Of a stretch of DNA of 248,000 nucleotides, positions 103,681 to 115,305 are shown piece by piece. The position numbers and the translations under genes are program-made. The notes under the pieces were generated by a model. The model saw only the letters and a program-made list of their open reading frames with translations. It ran no database searches and was not told where the DNA came from. The DNA is from Andalucia godoyi And28 (taxonomy: Eukaryota; Protista; Jakobida). The stretch is from the NCBI GenBank assembly GCA_009859145.1, contig VRVR01000022.1, positions 20,001 to 268,000 of the forward strand, given 5' to 3'. Position 1 is the stretch's first letter, and each line of letters opens with the position of its first letter.

Positions 103681-103885
103681 AAGGCGATTTTTGTTGCGTT
103701 TTTGCAAAAAAAAAATAAAATTAAAAATTAATTAAATAAAATAAAATAGCAATAATAAAAAATTCAATTTTCTTGCCATCGGTTCCGACATTCGTATTGC
103801 TTTTTCTTTCATTCTCTCTTCGTAGGCGCGAAAAGTTGAATTTTTGCATGGCCGTTTTCACTGCAAATATTTAAAAGGATCTGCC

Positions 103886-104494
103886 ATGTTTTCTTCGAAA
103901 ATTGCGAGGACGGTTGCGATTGTGAGGCGGTCTTCATTTCGGGGTTTCCCAACTGCCCAGCTGCATTCACAGCGCTGTTGTCGTCGGTTCTCTTCGATTT
104001 CGTCCGATGACGGCACTGCTCCGCAGTATGTGCCTTCTGCTGTTTTGAAGAATCCAGCTCTCGCAGGTCTCAAAGTTGAAGGCGTCAAGAATGCGGATAT
104101 GTGGATTGTGTACACATGCAAGAAGTGTGAGGTTCGGTCTGTGAAGGGAATGACACGACACGCATACGAGAAAGGCCTGGTCATTGTACGCTGTCCGGGA
104201 TGTGAAGCTTTACATTTGATTGCCGATAACATTGGCTGGTTTCCGGAAGATGGAAGCCCAAGTCAAAAATTCAGCGTCGAAGACACGCTCCGCTTGCAAG
104301 GCCAAGCAATCAAATCTGCAAGGGTGGACGGGTTGGCAAGCTTAACTCCCGAAGAATTAGCCGATCTCATCTCCACGGTGAAGTCAGAGCTGGACGACGG
104401 ATGCAGCGAGTCAAAGATAACCACCTCTTCCGAAAACGCCCGTTTCCATCATGAACACGCACCCGATGGAAGCTGTTGCAACGAGAAACACTGA
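103886..104494 (+). CDS. DNLZ: DNL zinc-finger chaperone (Hep1/Zim17/Tim15)
   Basis: YTCKKC..AYEKGLVIVRCPGC..HLIADNIGWF. Confidence 0.92.
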   Translation: MFSSKIARTVAIVRRSSFRGFPTAQLHSQRCCRRFSSISSDDGTAPQYVPSAVLKNPALAGLKVEGVKNADMWIVYTCKKCEVRSVKGMTRHAYEKGLVIVRCPGCEALHLIADNIGWFPEDGSPSQKFSVEDTLRLQGQAIKSARVDGLASLTPEELADLISTVKSELDDGCSESKITTSSENARFHHEHAPDGSCCNEKH

Positions 104495-104514
104495 GAATGT
104501 TGCAGTTTTCTGGC

Positions 104515-105573
104515 TCATTCACCGAGGTCATTCACGGCAAAGTTTGCGAAGCGTTTTTGATATGCTTGATGGACCCAAAGATCAAAGTGATCGCACACTT
104601 TCACAGACTGGTATCGATTGCTCTGGAAAACGTCTGTTCGAAATGTTTCCGGTGGAGCGATCCCAAAGGGTACTCGTGCCTTGTTGAACGTCCTGTACAC
104701 CGTTTGAAGAAGCATGTCCTTTGGAGTATAGTATACTATTGTTTTGCGCCGCGCTACTTCTGACCAGCGGACCAGCATATCATCATCATGGAATGCTGGG
104801 GCACACAAGTGTAAGTAGTCCGGTCGAACATTTGGCTCAAGCAACAAGCAGGCCTCCACGACATGCCTGCAGCCCAGAGAATGTGATACGATGCGAATGC
104901 GGTCGAAATGGGGCCGGAGCAACGTCAGTTGTTCCGCAAGGTCTCTAGCGCGTTCCACTGCCCGTTGTTGAGACAGCACCCACTGCAGCCATATTTGGCC
105001 TCCAATCATTAGCGCCGTTGCGACTGTGAGCACTGCTGGTTTGTACAGGACAGGGAGCGGGGGAAGAAGCGGCGGAATAGGAAGAACACGTCCGGATGGC
105101 CACGTCCATCCGACCGCCTTTTTAGACCAGCCGTGCATTTGCACAAGCCGGTCATGGGTAATGATCCAGTCTTGGAAGCGGTCGCTGGAGAGAAAGCCGC
105201 GGCAATCTACACGATGTTTGATTTGATGGATTAGAAACTGGTAAAAGACAGATAAATAGAGAGAATGCGAGACGAGAAAAACAAAAACAAACAAAGCCGG
105301 GGTTGTTGGTGACGTACAAATAGTCAATTCCTTGTCATGAGGATTCAGAGAATCTGATAGAATCTTCAACTGCGGATGAGCATTCAATCCGTGAATTTGC
105401 ACCTTTGAAATCAGATCTTCCAAAGAACCAATCTCGAGGAGCTTTAAAATTCGTTCTTTTGGAATAACGAATGCCGGAACGGTATTCTTCAACGTTTCGG
105501 ACAAATTATTCAATTGAGAGATCGACGAAGAACGAAGAACACGCAATACTTGCCGAAGAACTTTTGGATCCAT
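104515..105573 (-). CDS. Alpha/beta-hydrolase-fold protein, probably with intron(s)
   Basis: IVSHSLGCR, LHLCAPAF, VYYTPKD.LL; intron-like tract inside the track ORF. Confidence 0.55.
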   Translation of the reverse strand: MDPKVLRQVLRVLRSSSISQLNNLSETLKNTVPAFVIPKERILKLLEIGSLEDLISKVQIHGLNAHPQLKILSDSLNPHDKELTICTSPTTPALFVFVFLVSHSLYLSVFYQFLIHQIKHRVDCRGFLSSDRFQDWIITHDRLVQMHGWSKKAVGWTWPSGRVLPIPPLLPPLPVLYKPAVLTVATALMIGGQIWLQWVLSQQRAVERARDLAEQLTLLRPHFDRIRIVSHSLGCRHVVEACLLLEPNVRPDYLHLCAPAFHDDDMLVRWSEVARRKTIVYYTPKDMLLQTVYRTFNKARVPFGIAPPETFRTDVFQSNRYQSVKVCDHFDLWVHQAYQKRFANFAVNDLGE

Positions 105574-105936
105574 TCGTGCGTATCAGTTCGTCGAGCGAAC
105601 AGCCGGAAAACCGTTGTCACCAATCTGTGAAAAATCGCTTTCAGCAAAGTAACGGTGCAGTGGAAGACGAAAATGCGTCATGAATTATGTGCACACAAGC
105701 AGAGTCATCAACACCTCATCGGGAGGCGGTTTTCGTCGGGCGGGCAGACGATTACCAAATGTCGACGGTTGTCAACAGAATGCTCCCGAGGAAAAAAACC
105801 CCCCCTTTTTCGTCTGATTTACCGACGACCCCAAACACCATTGTTCTCAGCATCAGACAGCAAAGCGGATGCGCTGCGTGACTCATGTTGTGTGCTCGTG
105901 ACGAAGAAGCGAAATGTTTGTTGTTTACATCGATTC

Positions 105937-108124
105937 CTAGAGCGATGAGGATTGCCGGCGAGCTTCGGTAAACATGGTTCGGAAGTAGCCCGCTAGGGAC
106001 GTTTCCAAGTTTCCAAGAATCTTGTCGTGGTCTCCCGTGATTCTCTGGTGCTCGCGCCGCATTGCTGCTGCCTCGTCTTGCAGAGCAGAAATGACAGAGT
106101 CTCGTTGTCGAATCTTGTCTTCTGTCTCCGATACCAACCGAGACTGCGCAACCAGTAATTCGTCAACGCGCTCCTTTGCTGCAACGACCTGCGCTTCCAA
106201 GGATGCTCGAGTTTCCTGTTCCGCTCGCTTCGAAGCCTCCAGACTGAACTCTGTCCTTCGAAGCCCAAGCCTCAGATCCTCAATTTCTTTTTCAGACTTC
106301 TTCCGGTCCCTGTCCAGCAACTCCATGTTCCGATGGGCGACTGATAGTTCTTCTTCAAGGTCTCTCTTCATAATGAGAGACTCTCGTTCGAGAGAAGAGT
106401 ATTCTCGGTGGAGTGCCTGCCGAGCTTGCTCAACTTCATCAACCCTTGAACGAAGCGTTCGTTCTGTGTCTGTCTTTTCGTCGACAGCACGAGCAAGCAG
106501 ATCTTCTGCTTCTCGGACAGCTCGTTGCATTTGAGTTCGGATAGACTTTGCTTCTTCGTCGGCTGCTCGCAGACGAGCTTCCAAATGCCGTGAGGATTCT
106601 TCAATCTGCCGCAGTCGAGTTTCCTTGATTGATAATTCGGACTCCAGGTAGTCCTTCTCCGTGGACCGCAGTCGGAGTTCTTCAGACAGTCTCCCACATT
106701 CTCGTCTCAACTCAGAGACTTCGGTTTCCAAATTAGCGACCATTCGATCCCGCGCGGCGGAGCTTCTGGATGAACTTTCCATTGATGCTTCTTCAATCCG
106801 AACCTTCATGTTTTCAGAATCTTGCCGCAGCCGGCCGTTTGTGACTTTCAGCGCAGCGTTCTCCTCGTGGGCGAGCTGCAGAGCCCTTTCCAAATCCATA
106901 GTTCTGTCCTGCAGACGCGCCTTTTCCGAATCAGCTCTTGCAAGTTCCTCATCCAGACGGTGGCGGCGTGACTTTTCCGCGACAACTTGGTCTTCCAACA
107001 TACGAAGTGTGTGCACACCGTCATCGGCACGCATAGACAATTGTGTCTTCAGAACGTCTATTTCGGCATTCTTTGTCTCTTCAAGTGCACGGATACTCAT
107101 GTTCTGATCTCGTTCGTGGCGCAAGGAGGACTGGTCTCTGTTTCGCTGCAATAATCGTTCAATGTGCGCTGTAATGTCGTATGGAATCTGGTTTCCAGCA
107201 ATTTGCACATCCTGAAGTACCGTATTTGACTCAAGAAGTTCAGCGAGAGCCTTGCCCCCCGGAGCGCCCAGAGAATTCCAGCGGAGATCCAGGACTTGCA
107301 GATGGCCGTTCATCTTCAGAAACCGCAGGAAATGAACGGCAGCCTCTGCTGAGATGCGGTTGTTTCGAAGATCCAAAGATCGGAGACCCATGTTTGCAGC
107401 GACGCCTTCCCCAAGAGATTCAATCGCAGATTCGAAAGCACCACTGAATAGATTAGAGACACTTGCAGATGAAGAAACAATTCAACCCAAAAGAAAAGGA
107501 ACATACACTGTGTTCCACTCCACAGAAACAACTTGCAGAGTGTGGTTCATACGAAGTAGATGCGAAATAGCAACGGTGCCATCTTTGGAGATGTTTCCTC
107601 CGCGCATATTCAATGAGGTGATGGTCTTATTGTATCGCAGTGCCTCGCACAGAGCAACACAGCCTGGACTCAGAAAGAAGGAGGTGAATTTCGGTGGTCA
107701 AATATAAAAAGTAATAATTGATAATACAGGAAATAGAAAAAGGGCAATCTCATACCTTCATCTCCCATGAAACTTTCCGAAAGATCAACTTCCCGGATAA
107801 TCATGTCATCTTTCAACAGCCGTGCAAGTGCAGTCGTTCCCTATTACGCGAAATGGCGTGGACTCATCAGCAATTTCAGCAACCACACACTAGCAAAAAA
107901 AAAAAAAAAAAGAAGAAAAAAAAAAGAGATAATAAATTGCAGGACAAGAGGGAAAAAAAAAAGAGAAAAGAAACACATAAAAAAACACGTACCTTCGGAC
108001 CCAGCGAGCAATCCGCCAAATCAAGGTGCCCAGTTCTTTCTGCATTCTCCAGCGCCAACAATACTGCAGAAGACACTTCGATCCCCAAAGTCCTTGCACT
108101 TTCTTCAAACTTACTTCGTAACAT
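105937..108124 (-). CDS. LRRC45: LRRC45-like LRR plus coiled-coil protein, multi-exon
   Basis: LDLRNNRI, LDLRWNSLGAPGGKAL, long coiled coil; first exon MLRSKFEE..LDLADCSLG with GTACGT donor. Confidence 0.7.
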
Positions 108125-108811
108125 CTGTGTGAAAATGCTGTTATATGGGGAAATGGAAACTTCAAAAAATATGCAAAGCAGACGAAGTGCCAAAAAAGAA
108201 AAAAAGACATTAAAATCAAAAAACGAGAAAGAGAGGGAGAGTCAGGACGCCATCCGTTAAACAGCCTAGCTACGGCTGCTGTGAGTGAGACTCATTTTGG
108301 AGAATGGGGCTCGTCTTGGGAATTGGCATTCGTAAATCCGTCGTGGCTTGTGGGACTCGCGAGGATGTGGAATCGTGATCGTCCCGAAAGTCTCTCGCGA
108401 TTTGGATTTCAACAGAGTTCACGCGCAGGGAAAAGGAAAGCCACCACAATTTGTACATGTCCGCATCACCACCAACAGCTTCTCAGCCATTTGAGTTCCT
108501 AGGTATGTTTGTTTGTTACCGGTTTTTTGTTTTGTTGTTGTGTTAAAAAAGGGCTTGTGAAGTTTGCGACGCTAATCGGCTTGCTTTATGCTTCATCTGC
108601 CAGAATCTCTCCCCACATTTGTTCGTTTAGAGCTTATTTCCGATGTATTTGGCGTTTCCGTGCCTGTTGATGCCAATACGCACAAGCAAGAGTATGTGTC
108701 GCCGAATTTCCGTTGATCGCATTCTGCGTCGTTTCTTTTCTTTTGTTCAAATCGTGTGTTAATCTTTAATGTTTTAATTTTGGAAGCAGCGGCGGAGAGA
108801 ATGTTATTTAT

Positions 108812-111800
108812 TTGTCATCATTGGAGAAGATTGTCCAAGACCATCTTGACATGTTGGATCAATCTCTCAGATATTCGCAAGATCTTCCTGATGTCAATGG
108901 CAGAATTGGTCCAGACGTCACCCAGATTGATCAAGACCGTTCGTGGGGAGAGTTTGACATATCGAACAATGCTTTCATCGCGAAGTCGGCGTTTGTGTCA
109001 TTACGATCGTCCACGTGTTTGTATTCAGGCAAGTGGATGTACGAAGTGCAGTTAGAAACTGACGGTGTTATGCAGCTTGGATTCGTTAGCAGGGACTCTC
109101 CTTTCAACGAAACTTCTGGGGTTGGCGACTTTGCGGATTCCTTTGCGTATGACGGTCGACGGCTGAAGAAATGGAATGTGCAGGACGAAACATATGGAGA
109201 ATTCTGGACTGCGGGAGACAGTATTGGAGTCGGACTGGATTTGAATGAAGGTAGAATTGAATATTTTCGAAATGGGGTGTTTCTTGGTGCAGCATTTTCG
109301 TCAGTGAAAAAGGGCGCGCCTGGCGACATTGCCTACTTTCCGTCTGTTTCAATCTCCCGAGGGCAGTCTTGCTCGCTCAACTTCGGACAAGAACCCTTCC
109401 GATACCCAATAGATGGATTTGCGCCTGTGGATACAATTCCGAATCGGTACAAAGAAAAGGCCAAGTTTTTGATGTCTGCCATCGAAGCCTGTTGTATGAA
109501 GATGTCAAAGCAAGATGCGCTCGAATCTCGCTTGTCATCCTCGGAAACAAATTACGTCAAACTTCTTCCTGTTCTCGATGTATCCTTCCGGTTTTTTGCG
109601 CCGTACATGATGGATGACTGGGTTATCCAAGCATTGTGGCTCCCCTTCCTCATTCGGCTGCGATCTGCAACACGAGGCTCGCTGTTTCCCTTCTTTGGGA
109701 TTCTTCGTTGTTGTGTTCCGTCAGAGGCATTGAAGGACTGTATCCAGTTCTCCATGCGATTTTGTGGAAGAATGCTTACAGGGCCAAGTTTCGATGACTA
109801 TTTCACCATTGCGATTGAAATCATTAGTTTCCGCCCGTTCCTATTGTTGTGGGCGTCGTCCTTTTCGTTTCGAGCAGATTTAGAACGGTTCTTTTTTGTG
109901 AGGTCATTTTCTCATCACGATTTGCATCGTTTGATACCAGATTCTGCATTTATCGGCAGTCGCACGTCTTTCGCTTTCCGCGATGCTGAAGATTTGCTCA
110001 AGTCATCGCTTTCTGCGCGCCATATTGTTCTTGAAGAAAACAGATTACGCCTGGTTTCGATTTTTATTGATGATCTTGTGCCGTTTTCCACGGATGAGCG
110101 GCGGATATTGCAGTCGCCTTTCTTTTCGGATGCTTTGGATTCAGAATCGAAAGCCAATTGTCTTACAGGACTTCCTTCTACTCCTTCTCATCTGCTTTTG
110201 TTTTGGCTGCAAAATCACGTTCTTGCTCGGAATGCTGCATTTTGCCGAGAAATTCGACCACCAACGCTGTCGCACCAAAGCATTTTAATTTCGCTCTTGC
110301 TCACTCTTCTTCGAAAATGTGAATCATCCTTCAGTTCTCTGATCGCAAAGTTTGGTGTTGGATTTCCTGTCCTCCTCTGTTTTTTTGGACGACCGTCTCT
110401 TGCTTTGGGATTGGACTGCATTGGTGGCACCATGTCCCATATCATGAAAAATGTCCCTTCTGCGGTTTCCGAGCTCTGCATTGCTGCTGCATCTGCCACC
110501 AGCGATGTTGCCGCGGAGCTGTCCTACGCGTTTCTGCATTCTTCTGTAGTATTGTTTCATTACGTTGGCCGGTCACATTTTTCTGGCATTCTAGAGACCC
110601 AGCGAGAGTACACACGCCTATCTCGCTCAGCACGATTGTCGGATGAGATTACGGCTCGTCAATTGTATCGGGCCATGTTTGTGGAACGTTGTCAACAACG
110701 AGGATTCGAGAAAAACAAGCTCCTTATTGGTTTTTGTGCATATATTGCGAATCTTCTTCGTATCTGGTCTCCCCTGCCCTCTGGATTTCTTGGAGTCCCC
110801 GTTTGCTATGTAACGACGTTAGTTGATTTGTTTCAGTACTTGCGACAAGCAGAATTGCAGTATTTTTCTGCAACCAGCGATTGTCCACAGATCCTCATGC
110901 TGATTGTGAAGCTGATGTCAGACTTCCGCATTTTGGTGGATAGTGTGCGAGAATCATTGGCATCCGTTGTCTCTTCTGCCATTTTATATGAGCATTTTGT
111001 TCATATTTTTACGGATCCATCCACCTCCAATTCCCGAGTGCTGATGCAGAGTCTGATTGATATTTTTCTGGGCCGATCATGGGTTGCGACACTTTCTGTC
111101 ATTGTTCGGTTATGGCGCGGAAAGTATTTTGCATCGTTCGTTACGGATGATGAAGTCAGCGGGTTGATCTTGATAGGGGACACTGTGCCCGAGTGTGATC
111201 CCTTGCAGAAACTTCGTGATTCCTTTTCTGCTTTGTTGAGCGACGACAGTCGAACGACAACCAACCTTTTGAATCGGATTCTGAACCAACTCAACTGGTC
111301 TCTTACTGAAATGTCAGTGGCTGTTGATGACATGTCGAAAGAACTGTCAGAAATGCAGGTTCGGCCCTCGGCAGTGTTCACTCGTGACTTGCAGGACGCG
111401 TTCAGCCGGAATGTGAAAAAGTGTACCATTATGTTCGATGTATCCTGGATGCTCTTACGGTTTTTGGAAATTGTGTCCATTGAAGCGCCAAGGGCGCTGT
111501 TGGGAGCCGAAGAAGATCCCGTTTCGGGGAAGGAAGAGGTTTCTAATTCCAATTTTGCTGCTGAGATTGCTCTCTCACGATCGGTCGAAGCTCTCTTGTT
111601 TGTGCTTTCTCATTTCTCAGTCGGATCAACATCCCGGAGCTTCGATACTGTTCTGAACGCTCACACTGCGATGGTGGACGATGCGGAGAAGGAAGCGGAT
111701 ATTCTTCGCCCAGCAGGCGCTGATCCGATTGCTGCTGCTGTTGATCGGGCCGTTGATCCGTATTTGGTGCTTCTGAAGCACTTACCTCTGGAGGGATTAG

Positions 111801-112330
111801 CCAAGATTCGGCGGTCGTTTTTGTTGGCCCCAGTCATCGGCATCCTCTCTCGTCTGCATCTGAATGACCGGTTGATATCTGGTTCGGTTTCTAATCTCGT
111901 GTCCAAATCTCTTGTTGACGCAGGTGTTTTCACTTGCCTGACCCCTCTGACGTTTCTTGGCAAGCTGAAATGGGATGTCTGCAAAGTCACTTCCGGATCA
112001 TCACTTGCTGGTGCAGTCCCTGCAGAGGAAGAGCCAACGTTTTCAATGCCGTCCCTTGTGAATGAATACAACATTCTTGTAGAAGAGTGTCAGCGCGCGT
112101 TCGCATCGTCCAATGAGTCCGTTTGTTCTGTCTCGAGCACGTCCGCAGATGTGTGTGTAATTTGTTACAAGTCTGTCGTATCGTGCCGATTTGTTCCCTG
112201 CGGTCACACATCTTGTCGCCGATGCATACGACGGCACCTGCTGAATTCGGACCGATGCTTCTTTTGCAATTCTCAGATTTTGAGTGTGGAAGACACTGCA
112301 ACACGTCCTGCGTCAACAAAGACGGAATAA
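108812..112330 (+). CDS. RNF123: RNF123/KPC1-like E3 ligase (SPRY plus RING); 5' exon probably upstream near 108457
   Basis: GKWMYEV..GVMQLG, YDGRRLKKWN, C-terminal CVICY..CGH.SC..CI.RHLLN..CFFC. Confidence 0.88.
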   Translation: MSSLEKIVQDHLDMLDQSLRYSQDLPDVNGRIGPDVTQIDQDRSWGEFDISNNAFIAKSAFVSLRSSTCLYSGKWMYEVQLETDGVMQLGFVSRDSPFNETSGVGDFADSFAYDGRRLKKWNVQDETYGEFWTAGDSIGVGLDLNEGRIEYFRNGVFLGAAFSSVKKGAPGDIAYFPSVSISRGQSCSLNFGQEPFRYPIDGFAPVDTIPNRYKEKAKFLMSAIEACCMKMSKQDALESRLSSSETNYVKLLPVLDVSFRFFAPYMMDDWVIQALWLPFLIRLRSATRGSLFPFFGILRCCVPSEALKDCIQFSMRFCGRMLTGPSFDDYFTIAIEIISFRPFLLLWASSFSFRADLERFFFVRSFSHHDLHRLIPDSAFIGSRTSFAFRDAEDLLKSSLSARHIVLEENRLRLVSIFIDDLVPFSTDERRILQSPFFSDALDSESKANCLTGLPSTPSHLLLFWLQNHVLARNAAFCREIRPPTLSHQSILISLLLTLLRKCESSFSSLIAKFGVGFPVLLCFFGRPSLALGLDCIGGTMSHIMKNVPSAVSELCIAAASATSDVAAELSYAFLHSSVVLFHYVGRSHFSGILETQREYTRLSRSARLSDEITARQLYRAMFVERCQQRGFEKNKLLIGFCAYIANLLRIWSPLPSGFLGVPVCYVTTLVDLFQYLRQAELQYFSATSDCPQILMLIVKLMSDFRILVDSVRESLASVVSSAILYEHFVHIFTDPSTSNSRVLMQSLIDIFLGRSWVATLSVIVRLWRGKYFASFVTDDEVSGLILIGDTVPECDPLQKLRDSFSALLSDDSRTTTNLLNRILNQLNWSLTEMSVAVDDMSKELSEMQVRPSAVFTRDLQDAFSRNVKKCTIMFDVSWMLLRFLEIVSIEAPRALLGAEEDPVSGKEEVSNSNFAAEIALSRSVEALLFVLSHFSVGSTSRSFDTVLNAHTAMVDDAEKEADILRPAGADPIAAAVDRAVDPYLVLLKHLPLEGLAKIRRSFLLAPVIGILSRLHLNDRLISGSVSNLVSKSLVDAGVFTCLTPLTFLGKLKWDVCKVTSGSSLAGAVPAEEEPTFSMPSLVNEYNILVEECQRAFASSNESVCSVSSTSADVCVICYKSVVSCRFVPCGHTSCRRCIRRHLLNSDRCFFCNSQILSVEDTATRPASTKTE

Positions 112331-112462
112331 AACGGGCTTACGCAAACGCAAGAAAAGCGAATCAAATGAACATTCATGATTTTTTTTGTTTTGTATTATC
112401 ATTTTTAATATGTCAACAAGATGCGCAAATAAAAAGGCGAACAAAAAGATGAAATAAATCGT

Positions 112463-112552
<90 letters not shown>

Positions 112553-112584
112553 TCAGGACGGAAAAGGACGCGAGAGCAAGACAA

Positions 112585-114867
112585 TTATTGAGGAACATTC
112601 CAAACCAACACTGCACCCTCATCACCCACAGACACCAACGTGCGGCAATCTGGGGCGAACCGAACTCGTGTTACGGCCCCTGAATGTCCAAGACCAGTGG
112701 CAATGACTTCACCGGCATCATAATCCCAAAGTCTCACAGCACGATCTTCACCACCAGTTGCAAGACGCAGCCCCCGAGAATCAAGGTCGCCGGTCAACAA
112801 TTCTCCGGAGGGAGATCCATCCAATTCTCTGATCAGCGAGCAATCGTATGCATCCCAATAGCCAATCTTTCGGTCAGTTCCCACTGTGACAATCTGCGAC
112901 TCATCGTCCAACAGCGCAACGTCTTTGAAATATGTCTGTGCATACAAAATGTTACTGCGAATCATCCGTCGCAGATCCCAGACGATGCACGAACCGTCAT
113001 CGGACGCTGAAATGCACTCTGCGTCGTTTCTTCGCACTCGGATTGCATTGATGGTTCCCTTGTGCTCCTTCATCGATCCAGCCATCTTTGTGACGGCATT
113101 CCCAGAGCTGGAAAGATTCACCGACCAAACACGAATTTGGCCATCTGATCCCCCCGTTACCACATGCACGCCATCTGCGCAAGGCGCAACAGCAGTGACA
113201 CCAGTAAGTGGTCCAGTTGCTGCTTTTTCGCCTCTCTTCTGCGCTCCAACACCCACAGCATGTGCGTCATCAATAACCCACAGCAACTTGCCAGACTGAG
113301 GTCCAAACGCGCGCAACTTTCCATCGCCGAAGCCGACAAGAACGGCACCGCCGTCTCGTGAAAAAGAGACGCAGTTCGCAGAAACTGATGGAATAGCAAT
113401 GCGAACGAGTTCCTGCCCATTCTTGGAATTCCAGATTCGGACGTCGCCGGCAGAAGAACAGGTGGCAAACAATGCCCCGGTTCCAAATGGGAACGATACA
113501 TCGTTAATTCTTGATGCGTGGCAAGCATGAAACAGCAACGGAGTCACTGCAGTGGAGACAGGGGCAGCAGCAGACGCTGGAAGAGGTGCAGTTGCAGGCT
113601 TTCTGGCAGAGGTTGTTGCGTTCGATACGGGGGCAGAAGACGGTATAGAGGCAAGCGAAGGAACAGTATCGGTAACTCCCATACGCAGGTTGAGAGCATA
113701 CAAATTGGATTGCGTGGTTCCCACCCAAAGCATATCTCGTTCGCCAACAGACGATCCTGCAACTGCGACCGATGTCACCCCACCATCCACAGTGATTTTC
113801 TGCAACACGGCAAGCTCCGCCGTCTGAGCAGAAATGGAGAGTACTGCTACAGACCCATCTCCTCCGCCAACAAGCAAGACCGGACGGGCACTTGCACGTG
113901 CAGCAGCAGCAGCCTTTTGCATTGCTGGAGTCACAGTGGTGGATAGCGTCTTCGTTCCAGCCAGCTTTGTCGCATTTGCTGTGGCCGTCGTCGTTGCAGT
114001 GAACGGCGCAATTGCCACAGAGTTGGGAGCAAGGTATGCGATGGAGGAAACTCCTTGGGAGAAGCGCTCCTTTGGCCCACATGTTCTCAGCAACGGTCCG
114101 TTTCCAAGTGGATTCGCAGCATTCTTCAGACTGATCACGAGAACATCTCCTGCATCCGTGCCTGCATACACCCAGCCACCATCTGCATCGTCGGTGTCAT
114201 TCGAAACTGCAAGGCAGGTCACCGAGCGCTTCATCTTTCCAAGCTGTGCATCCACAGCAGTCATCTTACGAGCTACAAGGTCGACTGTCCAAAGCTTGAC
114301 ACCACCAGTTCCACCAGTCACCAGTCTCATGTCCTTGCCGTTCGATAGCCACTGTGCACAAGCCTGCTCCTCGGACCCGTAGTGAGTTCCGCAAAGCGCC
114401 TTTCCAGTCATCACGTCCCACACAACAATCTGCCTATCGTCGATTCCACCGAGCGAAACCAAAAAGTGCGAATCGTCGGAAAAAGCGAGTGCCGAAACTC
114501 GAACTTTGTGCAACGAAAGCCTGTGCAGCAAATGTCCCTGAGGAGCGCCGTTTGAAGAAGCCGAGGCATAGTCGAGTGCCCAAATGATGATGTCGGCTGC
114601 AAAGCCCATGTGAGAAACCTGACCTGACGCTGCAAATCTGCCGCATGACGAGACAGCCAGCACGGAGATCCGGTTCGAATGTCCAGAAAGGAAAGTCGGC
114701 GATGACGCAGCAGACGGCGAAAGCGAAGACGATTTCAAAACAAGCGTTGATCCCAAAGGATAAACAAGAAATGAACCGAGAGACGCGTGTGAAGCTGAGC
114801 TGATAACATGCACGCCTGAGGGAACAGTCCCAGACAAGCCAATGCACGATGACAAAGCGAGCGACAT
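112585..114867 (-). CDS. CFAP52: WD40 ciliary protein CFAP52/WDR16
   Basis: YPLGSTLV, FLSGHSN, ASGQ.SHMGF.ADIIIW, TVGTDRKIGYW, GHSGAVT. Confidence 0.9.
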   Translation of the reverse strand: MSLALSSCIGLSGTVPSGVHVISSASHASLGSFLVYPLGSTLVLKSSSLSPSAASSPTFLSGHSNRISVLAVSSCGRFAASGQVSHMGFAADIIIWALDYASASSNGAPQGHLLHRLSLHKVRVSALAFSDDSHFLVSLGGIDDRQIVVWDVMTGKALCGTHYGSEEQACAQWLSNGKDMRLVTGGTGGVKLWTVDLVARKMTAVDAQLGKMKRSVTCLAVSNDTDDADGGWVYAGTDAGDVLVISLKNAANPLGNGPLLRTCGPKERFSQGVSSIAYLAPNSVAIAPFTATTTATANATKLAGTKTLSTTVTPAMQKAAAAARASARPVLLVGGGDGSVAVLSISAQTAELAVLQKITVDGGVTSVAVAGSSVGERDMLWVGTTQSNLYALNLRMGVTDTVPSLASIPSSAPVSNATTSARKPATAPLPASAAAPVSTAVTPLLFHACHASRINDVSFPFGTGALFATCSSAGDVRIWNSKNGQELVRIAIPSVSANCVSFSRDGGAVLVGFGDGKLRAFGPQSGKLLWVIDDAHAVGVGAQKRGEKAATGPLTGVTAVAPCADGVHVVTGGSDGQIRVWSVNLSSSGNAVTKMAGSMKEHKGTINAIRVRRNDAECISASDDGSCIVWDLRRMIRSNILYAQTYFKDVALLDDESQIVTVGTDRKIGYWDAYDCSLIRELDGSPSGELLTGDLDSRGLRLATGGEDRAVRLWDYDAGEVIATGLGHSGAVTRVRFAPDCRTLVSVGDEGAVLVWNVPQ

Positions 114868-115305
114868 TACCAGATTTTTTCCGCTTGCAGCGTAATTCAA
114901 AATAAAAAATAAGAACAAAATAAAATAATAATTATTACAAAATAGATTGAAAATGAAATGTGAATAGAAGAATGCAAACGGAAAAAGTAGAAGGTACAAA
115001 CAAACGAAAGACAAACGTAAGACAAACGAAAGACAAACGAAAGACAAACCCAAAGGTGCTTTTGCAAGGTCAAACACTAAACCTCGGAGAGGAGTTTTTC
115101 AACGGTTTCGAAATGAAAGGAGGGCCTTGATCCTTGATGCAACTTCGTTTGTTTTTTGGCGAGCGTTCAGGTTTTTTGAAATCAACAGAATTCTAGTGTT
115201 TTTTACAGCCATTCGGTTTTTCTAGTTCCCCGGCTTTCTTCTTCTTCCGTTCTTGATTCGCTCATATTTGTGTATTACGCACATCTCCAAGAAGTGAAGA
115301 ATTCA